From Lama glama (taxonomy: Eukaryota): 64,000 nt of DNA. The position numbers and the translations under genes are program-made. The DNA lies in contig CM052824.1 of the NCBI GenBank assembly GCA_028534125.1, positions 61,504,001 to 61,568,000 of the forward strand, in the 5' to 3' direction. Within the stretch, counting starts at the first letter, position 1; the number at the start of each line of letters is the position of its first letter. Under the pieces are notes generated by a model. That model searched no databases. It saw only the letters and a program-made list of their open reading frames with translations, and was not told the DNA's origin. Below, one piece after another: positions 57,331 through 64,000 of this stretch.

Positions 57331-58944
57331 CAGAGCGCCTGTCCGATGAGTTCACAAGGTGCTCCATACCATAAAGGTGCCATAAAGGAGGCTCTTGGCA
57401 GGTGTTTTCTGAGTGTGCCTGGACTCCATGGTCCATACAACCTGAGGCATAGCAGACTCTTGGCCCCATCACTTGCCAATCCACTGCAGCCTGGTAAAGG
57501 TTGGGACATCCTGAACCCCATCCCAGGGAAGAGGCATCAGAGGGGGCTCCACGGTCATAGACTGGCCTCTGTTGGCCACTTCTACCTCCAGGCCCTCAGG
57601 CCAATCCCTGCCGCCCAGGGCAGCTGGTGGCTTTCCTAGTGGGGCAAGGAGGACATGGAGAGAGTGGGTCCCAGCACGTTAACTGTGAAGGGCACCCCAT
57701 GCCTGGAGCAGCAAGAGCTGGAAGTGGAGACTGAGTCCACTCTTGGGAAAGCCCAGTGGGCCCTGGACCAGGGTTCCATCCCTCAGTGGGGAAGTCTTCG
57801 TCACCAGGGCCCCAGTGACAGGATGATGTCACCGGGAGAGGAAATTTTATCTTGAAAAACGCCTGCCTTTGCCTAGCTACCTCGACACGCACTCTGTAGG
57901 CTGAATGAGCAGCATGCTTGATCATAAACACACAATCAGTGCCACACATGAGACATAGGTAGGGCTGGCAGCATCTGCTTTGGCTTGGAGTAGACACTGT
58001 CCAAAACAGAGGTGGGTTCAGATCTTGGTCTGTCACTGCCCAGGGGCTCCAAGGACAGAGTGGTGCTGACGTGGAGAGCTCAGGGAGAATTCTCTAGGGC
58101 TGTCCCTCTTACCAAAGGAGCAGTCTGGGGTATGATACCCAAAGGAAGCAGACGTTTGACCTCCAGGCAGACTGGGGCCTGGGCTCCCAGCTCTGCAGAT
58201 GGATGGGCGGGTGGTGTCAGAAACGGGGTGTTCCAGAGCAGGGTGGAGGGCAAGTGAGGGTGTCATTCACGTGAGTCTTGGTCTTGACCTGGACAGCCTT
58301 CCTAGGCTCCTGCTGCTACTCCGCTGGCCTTTCCTGTGCTGCCTGGAGCCTTCGACCTGTCATTTCCCAACTCATTAACTCCATGGCTCCGTTGCCAGCA
58401 GGGTAAGCACAGAGTTATCATTTCTTCCTGATTTGATCAACTAGCACTGAGTCTGCCTCTGTGCCAGGCACCGTGTTGCATATCCAGGGACAAAGGTGAG
58501 CGGTTCACTTCCTACCTGGTGTGGGAGTCAGAGAAGGAAGCTCCAATCCTCCTCCTTGAGCAGGCAGACCCACCAGTCAAAGCCTTCCCCCGCCCCACAC
58601 TAGGTCCAGCCCAGGAGATGCTGGACCACTCACATTCCAGAACAGCACTTTGACACCAGTTCCCTCAGCCTAATCCGACACATCTTTTGATGCTGATTTC
58701 AAACACCACTTCCTCCATGAAGCTTCCTGGATCTCCCGTCAGATGAGTACATTGTCCCTTGAGCTTGTGAGCACACATCCCTGCAAGTGTCTTCTGAGTG
58801 TGCTTGGACCCAGGCCCTGGCTTGCATAGGAATTCAATATTCCTACCTGAACTGTGAGCCTCAGAGGGGTCTCATCTCTGTTCTGGGGTGAGCTGGCACT
58901 CAGAAGGCCTTGGAAATGTGTGTCACAATGACTCAGCCTTTCAC

Positions 58945-59070
58945 AAGCATAATCTTAGATGCCTTTAGAGCAACCTATGAGGTAGATGCTCTTTTTGCCT
59001 CCTTTTACAGGTGACAGCTGGCAGGTGGCAGAGCAGCTTTGAGGCCCCATCCTCTGGACCTCTGGGCTTT
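58945..59070 (-). mobile_element. MIR fragment
   Basis: caacctatgaggtagatgct...ttttacaggtga...ggtggcagagc. Confidence 0.6.
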
Positions 59071-60769
59071 AGTCAAACAGGCCCACGGCTGCTCTGGGCC
59101 AAGGCCTGCTCTTGAGCGTACCACTTTGATTATTAATTAACTCCTTAGTCGTCTAAAAGCAGAAGAAAGCGGAGGTCCAGAGGAGCCATTGGCGGTCATC
59201 TTGCTGTCTGGGGCTGGTGCTGAGAGTTGTCTGACCTCTGGATACCTAGAGGTCTGGAGGCTCCCGTTTGGAGGACCAGGGACTCATCGGACACCTGAAA
59301 GCTGCTGGAGGTGCCGTGCCCGGTCATTATGCCTGTAAGCCCATGAGCTCTCTGTTTGTCTCTGTCGGTACCAGGCTTGGCTCCTGTCTGCCCTAGCACC
59401 CCGCTTTGTGGCTCACCCCACTTTTCTGATTTCTCCAGCAGCTTCCCCTGGGATGCAGTCTCTCTGCTCTGTGGCCTGGTTCAGCACCCACCTGGCCACC
59501 ATGCCCAGACTCCGAATCCCCACTTGTCTCCCTCCAAGGCTCAGCCCCCAGCCCACCTCAACACTCTGCAGGGCTGACAGGCTGGGTTAATGCACACACA
59601 CGCAGAATCACATACACATGTCTTTTTACCAAAAAGAATGCATTTCAGGACACAGATTCACTAACTTGGTCCTCTCCAGGCTGTGTGTTAACACAGAGAC
59701 ACAGTTTACCTGGGTTTCCCTCATCCAGGCCCAGAAACTCTGAATGGGCATCCCCACCCCCACCCAGTGTGGTCGCCTCTGGGCTGATTTCATTTATCAC
59801 TGGCTGAGGATGAGTAATTTTATCGTGAAACACAGTTCAGGGTGATAGATGAGGGAACGGGGCAGGTGATGGCCTCACTGCCTCCCTCCCCTTGGAGAGG
59901 GAGGCTGGAAGGAGATTCCTGCCCTTTATAAAGGGAGGGCATCCTAGGAGGGGGATGAGGTGGGAGGAGCCACAGAGAGGGGTGGTGGGCAAGGCCAGGG
60001 TGGGAGTCGGGTGGATGAGGCAGAGGACACAGACCAGGCCTGGCCCCACGCAGGAACCCAAGCAGGAAGCAGACGTGTACTCCCAAAATTCTGCTCAGGG
60101 CCGAGGTCTAGAGGGGTCCCACATGAAGAGGGGCAGGGGTACTGCTCCAATGTTCAGACTAGAAGGAAAGTGGAGAACTTTTCTCTGAAGACAGCCACAG
60201 TCCTTTCCAGGGTGAATTGATACCTGTTTCAGCAGCGCTCGTCTTATCAGCAAGAGCAGAATCTATGCTTTTCAAAATGACAACCGAGACTTAATCAACA
60301 ATTGGAGGCCACAGTTTTAGATTTTCTGGAGCCTCCTCCAGGTGCTCCAGTTAGGACTCCAGTCTAAACAGCTGCCAATGGGCGTGGGTTGGGGTACTGG
60401 CCTGCCTATCCACTACCAAGGCCCCCGACCACACTGGGGTGGCCAAGGGCTGGGCAGGAGGTTGCTGTCAGGCACACGGTGCCCAGGGAGCAAGTTCACT
60501 CCAGTCTGTTAAGGGAGCAGGTGAGAGCTTCTAAACCCAGCCCTCCCTCAGGTAAGGTCAGCCAAAACCATCAGCTGAAGTGCGGCTCCCTCCCCCAGCT
60601 CCATGGGACAGGCAGGTTGCCTCAAGGCTGGATATCAGGACAGACAGATTCAGCCCTGCAGCGGGGCAGAGGCGCTGCCTGGCTGGTGGGCACGGTCCCT
60701 AACGCACGACATGCATGGGAGGCGCTGGCAGCAACGCTGTCACTGCGGTTGACAAGCCCCGAGAGAAAC

Positions 60770-61150
60770 ATTCCCCGCTGCCCCCTAGTCGGGGGTGGGG
60801 ACAGAGGACTGCGGGCGGGGGGTGGGGGTGAGGGGCGGGCGCGGGAGCAGAGGTGTCCCCAGGCAGCCGGCGGCGAGTCCCCGGAGGCCGCCGCCGGCGG
60901 CGTAGCGGAGGCGCCAGGCTCGTCCGTCCGGGAAGTCTGGGCGGCAGTCGGCCCGCAGCTGCCCTCGGGTCCTGAGCCCGAGCCAATCGCGGCGACGCGC
61001 CGGCGGCTCCCTCCACCCGCCCCCACCCGCCACGCCAACCGCGCGGCTTAACCCTTCCGTCCCCGGCCTTCTTGCCTGGCGCGCAGGTGCCAGGCGACTC
61101 AGCTGGACGCTGGCGCCCAGCCAGGGCGATCTGGCGTTGAGTTTGGACCG
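60770..61150. promoter_or_regulatory. Orphan CpG island with GC boxes and CCAAT
   Basis: CpG-dense; GGGGCGGG, AGCCAATCG at about 60981. Confidence 0.7.
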
Positions 61151-61399
61151 CAGAGCCTGGGTGTCCTCGGTTCTGCTTACAGGGCCCAGGCAGAGAACCC
61201 GGTGGGCAGCCCCAGGAGCTGCAGGTACCGACTTGCGGCTGGGTCCTCCCTGGTCACTGAGGAAACCACCCCTCCTTACCTCAGTCCCACACTCCATCCA
61301 CGCTGCCCCGCCTCGGCCCCACACCCACCCACCCACCAGATTCTCTGCAAGCACATATCTCTGCCCTTCTGCCCTTCGTCTCAACATCACGGGGATGAC

Positions 61400-61560
61400 A
61401 ATAATGACATACCAAAAACAATGACCATTTCTCTGTATTATTAGTGTGCCAGGCACTGTGCTGTTCGTGCAAGTCCTGAAGCTAACAATCTCTGTGCTGC
61501 CCCAGGGTACAGATGAGGACTGGAGGCCCAGAGAGGCGAAGGACTTGGCCACATGCCCCA
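61400..61560 (-). mobile_element. MIR SINE
   Basis: gtgtgccaggcactgtgct...tacagatgaggactggaggcccagagaggcgaaggacttggcca. Confidence 0.75.
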
Positions 61561-64000
61561 AGAAGGACTGAGCAGGGTCCTGCCTCCTGCTTCAGGACTA
61601 GTACTCCCTCCATCCCCACCTGTACCTTCCCTCCTCCGCCCACGCTGTATCTTCAGATTCTTCTTCCTTCGTAGCTGGTTCCCTCCAGCCCCGCAGCCTC
61701 ACGCCAGCATTGCAACACACAAACCTTTCCTTTCAGCCACACCTTGTCTCTTCTCTGCTTCAGCCAACCTTCTGAAGAATGTCTGCGGGGACTAGCTGTC
61801 TCCCTTGCTCTGTAACCTTCACACTCCAGCTCCTGCCCTTGCAGGCCAGGAAACTGCTTTGTCTGGTGTTGCCAGGACTCCACCCCACCCCTCCCTGCAG
61901 CCCAGGTTGTAAGCCACACTCGCTTCCAGTGCCCCGCTCTCTCTTGCACTCCCGTCTGCATCCCTTTTTGTCCTACACCTGCTGCCAGGCAGCTGTGACA
62001 GCCTCCTGTCCTGCTGAGCAGCCTTTATTGGGCATCCGCTGTGTGCAGAGCTCTGCTTGGTGCTGGGCAGGCCCTGCTGCCTGGGGCTTGTATCCCACTT
62101 GGAGGTGGGCCGGAGGATGAACAACTAGACTAATTAACAAATAAGAAAACACTAGACAGTCATATGCGGAGGATTAAGAAAGAGTGGTTGTAACAGGGTA
62201 AGTGCGTCCATGGTGGTTTTTGACTGGATGTCTTCTTGAATGTTGACCATGAGCTAAGACTTGGCCAGAGAGAGGCCCCTGCAGGTGGAAAGAAGACCCC
62301 TGGGAAACCCTAGGGCAAGACTGAGCTTGGTGGGCAGTGCGTGCTGGGATTCCGGGTGCTCTCCTCCCTGGGGAGGGTCTGCACTCCCATTGCTGGTCAG
62401 GATGGAGGGTGTGTTTGAGAGTTCTTTAACATCCAAGGAAGAGAGCTGAACCGGGGGCTTCTTGGTTTCCCAAGTGGGCTGTGCCAGAGGTGACGTGGCC
62501 CACGGATAGGCAGACCACGGGACTCCAGGGGCTCAGGGTGAAGGTCAGCAGGTAATGATCCCTAGTGGTGGGGGTGGGGTGAGAGGCAGTGTCAGCTCCA
62601 CTCACTCACTAAGCCCAGAGAAGCCCAGGGTTTCGATTGTTTTAATCAGGTAAGACCCCCACCCCCAAGCCTTGCCTCTCTCCTCCTTGGCCCTCCAAGG
62701 GCTGAGGAAATGCACAGGGAACCAAGGCCCTTCTGCCACTGCAGAGGCTAGCTCAAATACTCACACGGGACTGGGCATTCTAATCACCGAAATGAGACTT
62801 TTAAAAATGACTTTAAGGAACAAAAGACTTCAATTACTGGAGAATGACAGAAAAATCTCGAGATTTACCTTTGATTTCACATAAGGCGGGGAAGACGGGA
62901 CGCCACCAAGCAGGGCTGCCTGGAGTTGTTCTGTGGCCCAGCTCCTTCACATGGTGGCCCATGTAACCCGTGCTCCCCAAGACTTCAGGCTGGGTGTCCA
63001 GGCACAGAGAACTGTAGAGTGAGCATTTTAATGGGGAGATGGCTGCAGACTCAGGAGGCACTGAGCCTTCTGTCTGTAGCTAAGAGGAGAGATCTGAGGG
63101 CAGATGCTGCCTGCAGTTTGTAACAGAGATGCCAGCTGACACCCAGGAGTCCTCTCTCTCTCCTGCAGTATAGGGTGCTGCAGGGCATACAGGTTGATCC
63201 TACTATCTTCCTGGCCTCTGTGCATTTTAGGTGAGGAATGGCTGGGGTGAGGAGGGAGTGGTGGCTGAGTTTCTGGCACCTTCCTAAGGGTCTCTCCTTG
63301 GGTCTCAGTCTTAATCCTGGAGCAGGGGTGGACCTATCCCAGGTGGAAGGACCTGGCTCTCTCAAGTCATGCAGAGAGCCGCCCAGGGATCCCCGCACAA
63401 CTTTGTCTAGCAAGAAAGGACCTCAGTGACAGTAAGGTGAGTCTCAGATTCTGGGTCATGTGCCCCTGGACGTCTGTACACCCTGATAAATACAAGGCAA
63501 CAGTCAGTACTCCCTCCTGCCTTCCCGCCCCTCCAGGGAGACTGAAAAATGAGGGGTCCAGGACAGCTCTGAGAACTCTCCTCCACATTCAAGGAGTGAG
63601 GAGAGGTTGCTGAGAGAGTGTGAGGGGGCAGGAGTGGCCTTAGTGAGGGGGGGAGCTGTGAGTCCTGAGGAAGGCCATGGAGAAGCCAAGAAGGTAGCAC
63701 TGGAGTGCTCCTTGGAGTTGTCTCGTGGGCTGGTGAGGCTGGGATGTGGTCAGAGGCACAGAGTGAACAGGCATGTGTGTGAGCTGCTCTTCTAGAGGTC
63801 TGACCAGGAGTGTCAGAGAGAGGATTAAAGTGGAGGGGAAAGTTAGAATCATGGAAACCTGATTCCTCTTTCTTCAATTTGGGGAAGACTCAGTGTGTTA
63901 AAGGCTGAGGGTCTGCTTTAGAGGCAGGGGTTGAAGACCCAGGAGGAGTCTCCCAAGGGAGAAAAGCCAGCTTTAGACAGGAGGAGGAATCCAGCCTCAG

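Noticed and set aside
45200-64000. Protein-coding genes upstream of SAMD11
   Set aside because: No ORF resembles a known protein and no consistent exon chain was found. lncRNAs cannot be excluded or supported from sequence alone.

Overview
GC-rich mammalian genomic DNA orthologous to the human 1p36.33 block PLEKHN1-KLHL17-NOC2L-SAMD11. It is probably camelid, judging from a short young L1 3'-end insertion at 52972-53023 (from recall, not a search). Contents: the 5' part of PLEKHN1 (minus strand, exons 1-6, running off the left edge); complete KLHL17 (minus, 12 coding exons, 643 aa, one GC-AG intron); complete NOC2L (plus, 19 exons, 751 aa), head-to-head with KLHL17 and tail-to-tail with SAMD11; and SAMD11 (minus, 14 coding exons, with the 3' part of the long first exon lost in a 252-N gap). 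About 19 kb upstream of SAMD11 has no recognisable gene but carries AT-rich homeodomain/GATA/TALE-motif islands, orphan CpG islands and old MIR/L2/L1 repeats. Most ORFs in the supplied track are GC-rich chance ORFs. The most interesting inference is a three-promoter design of SAMD11. A distal CpG promoter would give a SAND+SAM protein, while a TATA/Inr/CRX-type internal promoter at about 34.6-34.9 kb would give a SAND-less SAM protein. NOC2L intron 1 also carries an in-frame back-up ATG. Exon boundaries were read by eye; orthology statements rely on recalled sequences.
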